Below the pieces are notes generated by a model. That model had not been told where the DNA came from. It ran no database searches and saw only the letters and a list, made by a program, of their open reading frames with translations. This document shows positions 9,012-17,653 of a DNA stretch of 44,068 nt, in pieces; position 1 is the first letter of the stretch, and each line of letters starts with the position of its first letter. This DNA is from Leptolyngbyaceae cyanobacterium (GTDB lineage Bacteria > Cyanobacteriota > Cyanobacteriia > Phormidesmidales > Phormidesmidaceae). The DNA lies in assembly GCA_965263355.1 (NCBI GenBank), contig CBDHHL010000023.1, forward strand, positions 1 through 44,068, written 5' to 3'. Position numbers and translations under genes: made by a program.

Positions 9012-9047
9012 CATGCTCCCCGTGCTGAAGCAGCGGGGATTCTATAG

Positions 9048-10262
9048 CTAAAGGTTCAGCCTAAGCTGCTCCCCTACTAAACGGCTAGACGGTTCAACAC
9101 ACCCTGCCGGAAGCCCGGTCTTACAAGTGCTCCCCTGTCCATTTTTATGCTGTCGTGGGCTATCTCCAGCCCCGACAAAGTTTATATTCTTGGCTGCATT
9201 GCGGTCTCTATCGTGTAGAGCGCCGCAACTAAGACAGCGTATTTCCCGTACAGAAAGGTCTAACTTCCCCCAATGAGAGCCACAGTCAGAGCAATACTGA
9301 CTGGTAGGCTCCCATCGGTCAATGACCCTCACTTCACGGCCATACATGGCTGCTTTCGCTTCCAGCATCGTCCTGAACTCTCTCCAGCCTTGCTGGGATA
9401 TTGCACGGGATAACTTACGGTTTTTCACCATACCCGATACATTCAGGTCCTCTAAGCAGATCACCTGGTTTTCTTTCACCAGCTGCGTACTGAGCTTGTG
9501 GAGGAAATCTTTACGGATATTTCGCGCCTTGGCTTTGAGCTTGGCAACACGTAACCGTGCTCGTTCTCTCCGCTTAGACCCCTTCTGCCTGCGAGACAAG
9601 ACCCGTTGCGCTTTCCTAAGCTTGCGGTCTAGCTTGCTATAGTCTGGCCCTTCTATCGGCTCTCCATAGCTAGGAAAGGCAAACACCTTTATACCTAGAT
9701 CGATACCGATAGAAGGATTTGTTACTGATTCCATGCTGGGCTCAGCTTCTACAACAAAGCTCAGGTAATAATGGTTCTGCCTATCTTTGATGACGGTTAC
9801 AGAACTTGGCTCACTGGGTAAAGGTCGAGACCATTTGGTTTTCACAGTCCCTATCTTTGCCAGGTAAACCTTATTTCCTTTGAGGGAAAAAGCGGTCTTT
9901 GCAAACCTAGCCGTTTGCTTGTTGTCTCTTTTTTTGAACCTAGGAAACTGGATGGGTTTCCCCTTTCGCTTACCCTTGCGGCTATCGAAAAAGTTCTTAA
10001 ATGCCGTCCCTAGATCAATCAATGATTGCTGTAGGGGTACAGCAGAAACATCAGACAACCAGCTACGCTCAACAGTCTTTTTGGCTTGGGTGATACATTG
10101 CTTCGATAGCTCTGTACTCGTCGGCCATTTCTCACCCCTAGGAATGGCCTTGATGGTTGCCAGTGCATCATTCCAAACGACACGGGTGCAACCGAACAAC
10201 TTTGCTAAGTTGGCCTGTTGCTCCTTATTTGGATAGATTCTATACTGGTACCTGAGTTTCAT
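9048..10262 (-). CDS. tnpB: RNA-guided endonuclease TnpB
   Basis: YQYRIYP HTH, GIDLG, LEDLNV, CxxC..CxxC, DRDRNAA; RuvC triad intact. Confidence 0.95.
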   Translation of the reverse strand: MKLRYQYRIYPNKEQQANLAKLFGCTRVVWNDALATIKAIPRGEKWPTSTELSKQCITQAKKTVERSWLSDVSAVPLQQSLIDLGTAFKNFFDSRKGKRKGKPIQFPRFKKRDNKQTARFAKTAFSLKGNKVYLAKIGTVKTKWSRPLPSEPSSVTVIKDRQNHYYLSFVVEAEPSMESVTNPSIGIDLGIKVFAFPSYGEPIEGPDYSKLDRKLRKAQRVLSRRQKGSKRRERARLRVAKLKAKARNIRKDFLHKLSTQLVKENQVICLEDLNVSGMVKNRKLSRAISQQGWREFRTMLEAKAAMYGREVRVIDRWEPTSQYCSDCGSHWGKLDLSVREIRCLSCGALHDRDRNAAKNINFVGAGDSPRQHKNGQGSTCKTGLPAGCVEPSSRLVGEQLRLNL

Positions 10263-10290
10263 TATTTAAGTATACTTGGTCTGAAGCAAA

Positions 10291-10692
10291 ATGGGTGCAG
10301 ATTTAAGGCGGGAAAGGCATAGCGTCACTAACCTGTTAATTCATTTGGTCTGTGTCACTAAATATCGTAGAAAAGTCCTAACTCCCGAAGGGCTTGATAC
10401 CATAGAAGCCGCGTTTAACTCGGTCGCTAAAAGCCTTAACTTTCAGGTGACAGAGTTTAATGGTGAATCCGACCATGTACACGCCCTGATTGAGTACCCA
10501 CCAAAACTGTCGGTGTCTCAACTGGTCAACTCGTTAAAAGGCGTCTCTAGTAGGCGGTATGGGCAAGCTGGGCACCTTAAGCCCTACGGTAGAAAAGCTT
10601 TGTGGAGCCCTAGTTATTTTGTTAGCTCAGTAGGCGGGGCACCTCTGGATGTACTCAAAAAGTACATCCAGGAGCAAGAAAAGCCGTCCTAG
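10291..10692 (+). CDS. tnpA: IS200/IS605 Y1 transposase TnpA
   Basis: HLVCVTKYRR, DHVH (HUH), LWSPSYF, YIQEQ. Confidence 0.95.
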   Translation: MGADLRRERHSVTNLLIHLVCVTKYRRKVLTPEGLDTIEAAFNSVAKSLNFQVTEFNGESDHVHALIEYPPKLSVSQLVNSLKGVSSRRYGQAGHLKPYGRKALWSPSYFVSSVGGAPLDVLKKYIQEQEKPS

Positions 10693-10961
10693 AAGGACGG
10701 GGTTTTAGACCCAAAATTTTGATAAATAGGACAAAAAAATGGGGCCGTTCCCATGGCCCCATAATGTTCCCGTATTGAATTCGACTTCATCTAAATATAT
10801 CTACAGTTTTAATTCTAAAAATCCAGAAAAAAAATACCCCGCAATCCATGAGTTGCGAGGCAGTAGCCGATTAAGGAGAAAACAAGCTGATAAAAACCCC
10901 GCTTTCGATACAATAGTAGCATCAGGGGTCAAATTTGGAAATTGTAGAACAGGAGAAGGCC

Positions 10962-11798
10962 ATGGTTAAAACCTTGACCGCCAAACAGGACACTTGGCTA
11001 CTGAGAATAATCACCCAATCTAGCAAGTTACCTGAAGACCAAAAGATCAAACTGCATGAAGGCGATGTCCTTGAGTTAAACTGGGCCGAAGCTCAACAGG
11101 ACGATGCAGGCACACCAATTGATGAGGGCAACTATGCTCAAGTTTCACTAAAAAGAAAAAAGAAAGAATTTCACAACTGGTTTTGTTTCCTAAAACACGT
11201 CAGTATTGGCGGCACTGATGCGCAGAAGAAGCAAAAGGCAGTCGGGAATACAATCACAACACTTAATGGCGGGATAGAAAACCAGCCCAAACAAATTGTA
11301 AACGCCTACGACTTCAAATTTTCGTTGCCTGGTAGTTCTGGCACCTTTAACATGAGCGCCCCCATTCGCTATGGCAAGGGGAAAAACAAGTGGTATGAGG
11401 CGCTACATTTTGACCCAAAAACAAAATCATGGCGCAAGCCTGCTGATGCTGGCGTTGTAAGTCGAATTGTTGCCCACGATACAACTATTGAAAAATTCAG
11501 GGATGTTATTGCAGAGGCGTATCAAACGACGCCTGAGAAAGTCAGCATTTCATTCAACAGCTGGTATCGCGACCCTGAAACCAACCGTCGTGTAGGCGGC
11601 GCGAGTCGTTCTCGCCATTGCTATGGTGACGGGACGGATTTTCTTGTGTTTATTAACAAAAAACAAATTCCATGCCACAAGATCAACGCGATTTTGCGGC
11701 CATGGTGCATCAGAAACGGCGTGGCCCTAGCGTCTGCCAGTGTGTTTACGCATGGTGACTCTAGGGGTTATTTTGCAGAGTGGAACTACGGATTTTAA
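10962..11798 (+). CDS. peptidase M15-family endolysin
   Basis: AGGAG RBS; SWYRDPETNRRVGGASRSRHCYGDGTD and FTHGDSRG Zn-binding motifs. Confidence 0.8.
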   Translation: MVKTLTAKQDTWLLRIITQSSKLPEDQKIKLHEGDVLELNWAEAQQDDAGTPIDEGNYAQVSLKRKKKEFHNWFCFLKHVSIGGTDAQKKQKAVGNTITTLNGGIENQPKQIVNAYDFKFSLPGSSGTFNMSAPIRYGKGKNKWYEALHFDPKTKSWRKPADAGVVSRIVAHDTTIEKFRDVIAEAYQTTPEKVSISFNSWYRDPETNRRVGGASRSRHCYGDGTDFLVFINKKQIPCHKINAILRPWCIRNGVALASASVFTHGDSRGYFAEWNYGF

Positions 11799-11802
11799 TA
11801 AT

Positions 11803-12540
11803 ATGAAAGTAACATTTTTACAGGATTCATTCCTGAAACACAGGCCAGTCCCCCCTGATCAGCTGGGGGACTACGAGAAAGAACCAGTCAGAGCGGGCGA
11901 ATGGATTAATATAATTGCAGCAAGACCCGAATTAGAGCGTGACAATTTATATATCACGCTTTCACAAGACCCTGGTGAAAAGTTTAAGACTGTTGACGGG
12001 CGAAACTCTGTTTATCTCGTACCCAGCCACACCGACTACGAAGTTGCGGATACTACAGATCCTAATGTGCGTGCTGCAGCAGCGACATACAACCGAATTA
12101 GTGATCAAGGTCTAGAGTTACTAAAGGCTTTCGAAGGCTGCAAGCTTACTGCTTACTATTGTGCTGCAAATGTCCTAACAATCGGTTACGGCAGCACTGG
12201 AAAGCATATTCAAGAAGGCATGACGATCACTCAGGATGAAGCCGACGATCTGCTGCACAAGGATTTGAAGCGCTTTATGCATGGGGTCCAAGAACTGGTG
12301 ACAGTGCCCTTGACCCATGATCAGTTTTCGGCGTTAGTCAGCTTTGCGTTTAACTGCGGGCTTGGCGCGTTGGAGGATTCCACGCTATTAAAGCGGGTTA
12401 ACAACGAAGAATTCGAAGGCGTAGCCGATGCCTTCAATATGTGGGTTAAAGGCGGCAACAAAGTATTGCAAGGCTTAGTACGTCGTCGCAAGTCTGAAGC
12501 CCATCTATTTAATGAAGGAGTCTATAAATCGTTCGAATAA
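11803..12540 (+). CDS. GH24 phage lysozyme (endolysin)
   Basis: FEGCKLTAYYCAANVLTIGYG, QFSALVSFAFNCG, GLVRRRKSE. Confidence 0.92.
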   Translation: MKVTFLQDSFLKHRPVPPDQLGDYEKEPVRAGEWINIIAARPELERDNLYITLSQDPGEKFKTVDGRNSVYLVPSHTDYEVADTTDPNVRAAAATYNRISDQGLELLKAFEGCKLTAYYCAANVLTIGYGSTGKHIQEGMTITQDEADDLLHKDLKRFMHGVQELVTVPLTHDQFSALVSFAFNCGLGALEDSTLLKRVNNEEFEGVADAFNMWVKGGNKVLQGLVRRRKSEAHLFNEGVYKSFE

Positions 12541-12552
12541 TATTCAGTGAAA

Positions 12553-12591
12553 ATTGCCACTGGCATTAACAGTAACAACGCCAGTGGCAAT
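12553..12591. repeat. 12-bp inverted repeat after lysozyme
   Basis: ATTGCCACTGGC / GCCAGTGGCAAT. Confidence 0.7.
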
Positions 12592-12688
12592 GCAACGTAA
12601 AATACAAAATCCATTTTCTGTTTGCCATTAACGACGAGCCTACCGTAACTGATCCCCGTCAAGAAAACCGCAACTATAGGGAAATCTG

Positions 12689-12907
12689 ATGTCTCAAAAG
12701 CAGAAAGAACTATTCACTTCTAGCGTGGCTCTGATTGGCGCGATCGCTTTGTGGTTCGTTAAATTCTCAGTGCTGCAAGCGATCGCCATTATCTGGATGT
12801 TTGCGACTATCTCAATTGCCATTATCAACGCGGGGTTCGACTTGCATGAAGAAAGCATATTCAAAAAATGGGAAGGCGACTTCAAAGAAGAAGAAAAAGA
12901 AAGCTAA
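12689..12907 (+). CDS. small 2-TM protein with charged tail (holin candidate)
   Basis: two hydrophobic segments, highly charged C-terminus, next to endolysin. Confidence 0.55.
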   Translation: MSQKQKELFTSSVALIGAIALWFVKFSVLQAIAIIWMFATISIAIINAGFDLHEESIFKKWEGDFKEEEKES

Positions 12908-12916
12908 AAAGAAAAA

Positions 12917-13114
12917 ATGATCAAGATATTTAATAGGCTCTGGCAACCTATCCTGATAGGTTTTTTGCTAATGCATATCCTAAAAGCTGTCCCACTGTCT
13001 TTTCTGCTACAAGCATTTGGTCTATTACTGGCTCTCGCGTTCACCTTAACCGTTCTGCTATTTTTTGCAGGCGTATTAAGTATTGAAATTGCTAATTGTT
13101 TTCCGCGAAAATGA
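12917..13114 (+). CDS. small 2-TM protein
   Basis: almost entirely hydrophobic; ATGA overlap with lipase. Confidence 0.55.
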   Translation: MIKIFNRLWQPILIGFLLMHILKAVPLSFLLQAFGLLLALAFTLTVLLFFAGVLSIEIANCFPRK

Positions 13115-13902
13115 AGCAATCCCGACTCATCTACCAAGCCCAACTGGCCCACGCTTCTTATCTGCAAAACCCAGCTGGCTTTCTTGAGCACTATAAAAAA
13201 ATAACGATAGAAAATAATGTCGCTTGGTATCTCAAAAGCAAAGAAAAAACAACCATTATTTTTAGAGGCACCGATACCCTATGGTCTGACTGGAAACAAT
13301 CTAATCTAATTTTTTGGCCCCATAAAGAATGCAAAGACTTCAAGGCTCATACTGGGTTTTACGATGGCGCTTTGAAGTTTATGCAGCATTGCCAGAAAGA
13401 ACATTTATTAGATAGCCCATTAGAACTGATTGGCCATAGCCTTGGAGGCGCAATCGCTTTGATGTTCGGCATGATTGCAGCTGACAATGGTTGCCCTATT
13501 GAAAGTATCAGCACGTTTGGAGCACCCAGGGGCATGGATGAAGCCGGGGCCGATAAACACCGGGCATTAGGCCTAGAAAGTAAAACTTGGCAGGTCCGCA
13601 ATGGGTCAGACCCTGTGTGTAGAATTATGCTGAGCTTCGATACAACCAAAAAAGTACTAGACCTAATCGGCTTAGATGTCAGAGTCGGTGCATCACATCC
13701 ATGGTGCCACGAAATAATTACGAACCATCAGACGGGAAAAATCATAGAAAGCCCTGACGAATGGCAAAATGTCAGGGCCAAAGAGCCTGACACAGTAACT
13801 CGTATCGAAAAGTTTGCCTCAGCGATCAAGGGGCTGACCGCTGAGGCTTTCATAGTTGATGACCATATGATTTGGAACTATATCAAAGGACTTGGAGGTT
13901 GA
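13111..13902 (+). CDS. class 3 lipase (alpha/beta hydrolase)
   Basis: IFRGTD, AHTGFY, IGHSLGGA, TFGAPR, DPVC, DHMIWNY. Confidence 0.9.
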   Translation: MKQSRLIYQAQLAHASYLQNPAGFLEHYKKITIENNVAWYLKSKEKTTIIFRGTDTLWSDWKQSNLIFWPHKECKDFKAHTGFYDGALKFMQHCQKEHLLDSPLELIGHSLGGAIALMFGMIAADNGCPIESISTFGAPRGMDEAGADKHRALGLESKTWQVRNGSDPVCRIMLSFDTTKKVLDLIGLDVRVGASHPWCHEIITNHQTGKIIESPDEWQNVRAKEPDTVTRIEKFASAIKGLTAEAFIVDDHMIWNYIKGLGG

Positions 13903-14099
13903 TTTTGAAGGCGAATATCACAATTCCAGTGGACTCAGCTGTACTTGAAAAGGCTAGGCAGCTGGGGATCCCAGTGCAAGATTTACTAAGAGACGAAATA
14001 TTAGCGGCAGCCGATAAAGTTCTACTGCCATTAATTGGAGAATATGCGGCTAATTGCGATCGTACTGACTATGTTCCAAGCTGGGCTAAGCGACGTTGA
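13872..14099 (+). CDS. small hypothetical, possible RHH/CcdA-like
   Basis: NITIPVDSAVLEKARQLGI; start uncertain. Confidence 0.4.
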   Translation: MELYQRTWRLILKANITIPVDSAVLEKARQLGIPVQDLLRDEILAAADKVLLPLIGEYAANCDRTDYVPSWAKRR

Positions 14100-14331
14100 G
14101 TTGCTTCATATGTTTGCCACGTTCATCACTGGAAACGACGCCTCTTTGCCCTATCCAATACATCAGTTGTCCAGTCGTCACAGCTCCATTTTTATCACGG
14201 GCAAACTTAAGATGACTACGGACGACACGAACGGTGATTTCAAGCTCTCTGGCAATTTTTTTATTATACCAGCCCTTGCTAATGAGCATAATAATCTCAT
14301 ACTGCCTAGGCGTTAATACTACTGGTTCCAC
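14086..14331 (-). CDS. LuxR-type HTH regulator
   Basis: LTPRQYEIIMLISKGWYNKKIARELEITVRVVRSHL. Confidence 0.8.
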   Translation of the reverse strand: MEPVVLTPRQYEIIMLISKGWYNKKIARELEITVRVVRSHLKFARDKNGAVTTGQLMYWIGQRGVVSSDERGKHMKQLNVA

Positions 14332-14504
14332 AAATTTCCCCTACGGCAAAACATTCAAACAAACAATACGACACATGCGAGATTCGCGGTTGTTATCGTC
14401 TTTGTCCCTCGGCAAACATCCATGCCCATACAAGGCGGAACAAAGCTTTATCGCCTGCATACGCTCGCCATTTTTTATTGATTTCATTTTGGCGAGCAAT
14501 TATT

Positions 14505-15179
14505 TTAATTTCTTCTGGACAGTTCACGCTTAGTTCCTCTCAAGTATTGTTTAGCTTTATTGATTTCCCCGTTAAATAACAGGGCAAAAACATAGTCTTT
14601 CTGACTTTCCCTTAACACTTGATATTCCAAGATGTCGGCATATTCCAAGCCAGCAAACGGGGAAACTTCGCGAATTGGGTCTTGTCTAAAAATTCTTGGT
14701 CTAGAATATATCTCTGTTTGAATTGTCCGTTGCCTATTGCTTTTGAACCATAGCTTTCTGACCAGCTCAGTCGCATGAAAATCATAACGGCCTGAGCCAG
14801 ACTCTATTAACTTTAGCCTTATAAGTGCATCACGGACCCGCTGATTCATAGGAGTGTGCATAGTCAAGAAACTCTCGAATTCTCTAGCCTGAATATCAGT
14901 TAGTAACTCAAACGCTGTTTCGATTAATTCAACCTCAGTAAATGGTTCAAGTTTTTTATACTTCATCCATATTTCACGGACTCCAGGGGCAAGCTCATTG
15001 TCTTCTATGAGCAATCCAGCCCGACGGAATGCGCTTAAAACGGCACCTGATCGAGACGGCGGCAGAACATGGCCCCCACCCTGGCAAATCATATTTAAGA
15101 TCTTGGTTCTAATCTTTCTGGACTGTTCGTATTTTTCAACTTCGTTCTTAATTTGTTCTAATGTCCATTCAGCCATCAA
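14505..15179 (-). CDS. hypothetical protein
   Basis: 224-aa ORF overlapping the stop of the upstream MTase. Confidence 0.65.
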   Translation of the reverse strand: MMAEWTLEQIKNEVEKYEQSRKIRTKILNMICQGGGHVLPPSRSGAVLSAFRRAGLLIEDNELAPGVREIWMKYKKLEPFTEVELIETAFELLTDIQAREFESFLTMHTPMNQRVRDALIRLKLIESGSGRYDFHATELVRKLWFKSNRQRTIQTEIYSRPRIFRQDPIREVSPFAGLEYADILEYQVLRESQKDYVFALLFNGEINKAKQYLRGTKRELSRRN

Positions 15180-16216
15180 ACCGCCAGCTCCAATAAACTT
15201 TTTTGCTCATATTTGCCCAACGTAAAATCACCCCCGAATTCCCAAAACCCCTCAACAAACTGATCGTCTCGACTATTGCCGTTAATCCCGTTGTTGCCCC
15301 CAGTCAAAACGCTAAGAGGTGTTAACCGCCAATCACGGCCAAATTTATTTATCCGTTCAATCGCGTCACACAATGGGTCTGAAATATAATTAGTCATCAC
15401 AACCCGTTCAATTCGAGGGTTAGCCAACAGCCTTTCTAGCGTGCTAACAATCAAATCAAACAACTCAATTCCCTGTGGGTCACCATGGCAAATGTAAGAC
15501 GGTGTTAATGCCCCTGTCCCCCGTCGTCCCGGTCTAGACCCTTTCGGCACCCAATAAGGTGCATCATGCAAAGCGATCGCCTTGCCAGTAAAAGAAAGTT
15601 CAAAACTATCAATACAAGCATGGGCGTCATTAGAAAAGTGAAGCCTCCAATCAGGGCCAAACCAAGGCATCTTATAACCCCAGCCATCATTCAAGGACTC
15701 AAGTAACTCTGGCGATAATTGAGGTTCATTTTTCACAAACCCAGACTTTTTTTTGAGGCTGGCTACCTTATCTCGACTCTCTTTTACGTTTAATCGCCCC
15801 TTAGTATTCGCCCTGAGGCAGCTCATAAACGTGAACTCGCGAATCAACAGAGATGCGGCAGCAAGTGTTACACAGTCGCTTGTATCCTTAGTATCAACAA
15901 TAGCTTTAAGGTTTTCGTAAACAACCTTTGGCCCCTTCGAGAGCACTTCTTTAGACCAATTATTAATAGTCTTCTCTACTTGCTGCCTTAAACTGTCATC
16001 TTGCCAGCATCGATAAACTATCTGGACAACAGGATCTATATCAGCCACGAAAGCCCGCTTAACAATTCCGTTGCCGAGCATCCAATGACTGAAGTGGCCA
16101 GCACAGGCAAAAGGTTCAATGCTGGCATCATAAACATACCGTCTATCCCATACAGGATACTTAACGCGATCTTTTTTGCTACCAGGGGTGGGGAATAAAC
16201 CTGTTTTCATGACCAT
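15176..16216 (-). CDS. divergent Dam/D12-class (alpha) adenine methyltransferase
   Basis: FPTPGSK, IEPFACAG, ADID, HDAPY (DPPY variant), VMTNY. Confidence 0.7.
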   Translation of the reverse strand: MVMKTGLFPTPGSKKDRVKYPVWDRRYVYDASIEPFACAGHFSHWMLGNGIVKRAFVADIDPVVQIVYRCWQDDSLRQQVEKTINNWSKEVLSKGPKVVYENLKAIVDTKDTSDCVTLAAASLLIREFTFMSCLRANTKGRLNVKESRDKVASLKKKSGFVKNEPQLSPELLESLNDGWGYKMPWFGPDWRLHFSNDAHACIDSFELSFTGKAIALHDAPYWVPKGSRPGRRGTGALTPSYICHGDPQGIELFDLIVSTLERLLANPRIERVVMTNYISDPLCDAIERINKFGRDWRLTPLSVLTGGNNGINGNSRDDQFVEGFWEFGGDFTLGKYEQKSLLELAV

Positions 16217-16269
16217 TTCAAAAAAACAAGACAGCAGAGGCCATGACGACCCCTGCATCAAACTAACTA

Positions 16270-17451
16270 TTAAATAGCGGCTGGCTGAGGAGCCTTAGAA
16301 TTCTCAGCAAGACGAGCCTTGATGCCCGCAACAAAAGAACTTTGAGAAGATTCAGGCAAACGTAAACGACAAATAACTCGCTTGTTTTTGTTCTTCATCT
16401 CTTCAATCCTATCAATAGAAAGGATCGCAGGGGCATCAATGCTTAATTGAGTAGTAGAGCCCAAAAGCACCCGTTTAATATAAGTATTGCCATTGATCGT
16501 CTTCTCAGAGCCATCAACAATGGCATAAATTTCAACCCCATCACCAAACTTGCCCTGAGTCTTTTTGTAACCAACTACCTTATATTCAGCCTCAGGGGTA
16601 AGCTCGGAAAGCTTCATGTAATTGCCTCCCGTCAGCTCAAACTCATGCCCATTGACACTAAGTTTTTTGCCTTCCTTGGAAACGGTTAGTTCTTCAGCGA
16701 ACCAACCATTTTCATCAATAGAAAACTTTGCCCAATCTTCTTTATTGCCTGGTGCGTAAAAAAGCACTGGTTTTTCACCGATAGCACCTAAGATAGATCC
16801 GTAAAATTCACCTTCTTTGTCTCTCTTGGGAACCCATTTAATATGGGCAAACTCAATATCTGAACCGTCTTCTACATCCCCCCACTTGATTCTTTCCTCA
16901 CCTCGCAACAAAAACCCAGTAAGTTTTTCAGGCGTATTTGCCATAGATAAACGAGCACTAACGAGTTTTCGCCCATCTTCAGAGCGATGCTCATACTGTA
17001 AGCGAACAGGGCAAACCAACGCATATCCAGATGGATCTAAAATCAGCGTGTCATCGCCTAAATTAAGCGCGTACAAATCGCTAGGAAATACAGTTTCATT
17101 AGGGATGACAAATCGCTGCTGTCCCCATCTGACACAAATCCCGTCTTCATAAGCGTAAACAGCAGGTGTGGCTAAATAACCGCCATTATCATTGTTTACA
17201 AAAACGCAAGTACAGCCATCTGGATTGTACTCAGTAAAACCCAGCTTGCTGCAAAGCTGGTTAAACGCCTCACGAATATCTTCCGGCAAACTCTGATCTG
17301 GAATGTCAATTTTATCTTCGCTAATCCCAGCACTCAATAACTCTGTCTCAAGGTCCATTAACCTTTGAGTAAGATTGATGTTTGGTGCAATCGCAGTTGC
17401 AGTAGTTTCAACAGCTTGAGTGCTAGAGCCTTTCTTTTGAAATCGAGCCAT
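16270..17451 (-). CDS. hypothetical protein (possible ssDNA-binding protein)
   Basis: long ORF divergent from primase, beta-rich C-terminal half; function is a guess from position. Confidence 0.6.
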   Translation of the reverse strand: MARFQKKGSSTQAVETTATAIAPNINLTQRLMDLETELLSAGISEDKIDIPDQSLPEDIREAFNQLCSKLGFTEYNPDGCTCVFVNNDNGGYLATPAVYAYEDGICVRWGQQRFVIPNETVFPSDLYALNLGDDTLILDPSGYALVCPVRLQYEHRSEDGRKLVSARLSMANTPEKLTGFLLRGEERIKWGDVEDGSDIEFAHIKWVPKRDKEGEFYGSILGAIGEKPVLFYAPGNKEDWAKFSIDENGWFAEELTVSKEGKKLSVNGHEFELTGGNYMKLSELTPEAEYKVVGYKKTQGKFGDGVEIYAIVDGSEKTINGNTYIKRVLLGSTTQLSIDAPAILSIDRIEEMKNKNKRVICRLRLPESSQSSFVAGIKARLAENSKAPQPAAI

Positions 17452-17526
17452 AATAATAAATTCCAATTTTTGAACATCGAGTTAGGGCAAACGTGGCATC
17501 GAACCGCCCTAAACCTTACAAGTACA

Positions 17527-17590
17527 ACACTAAAAAATACAATCAAGTTTGTCAAGGGGCTTGACAAAAAAGAAAAAATACAGCCATGCT
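17527..17590. promoter_or_regulatory. divergent promoters with palindromic -35 pair
   Basis: TTTGTCAAG-GGG-CTTGACAAA (17548-17568); minus TTGACA-N17-TAGTGT. Confidence 0.6.
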
Positions 17591-17653
17591 TGTAAAGCAA
17601 TGCCATTATATAAAACGCAGCAAATATAATGGGCTTCCTGGAATTTAATAAAT

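Larger units (their letters stand above)
9008..10721 (-). mobile_element. complete IS605-group element (divergent tnpA/tnpB)
   Basis: right-end hairpin ending GGGGAGCATGTCAA at 9008; left-end hairpin CCGTCCT/AGGACGG; TTTAT target 5' of left end on minus strand; removal restores GGT CAA TAA. Confidence 0.9.

Noticed and set aside
5292..16261. Restriction-modification system
   Set aside because: No recognisable cognate restriction endonuclease beside any MTase; they look like orphan phage MTases
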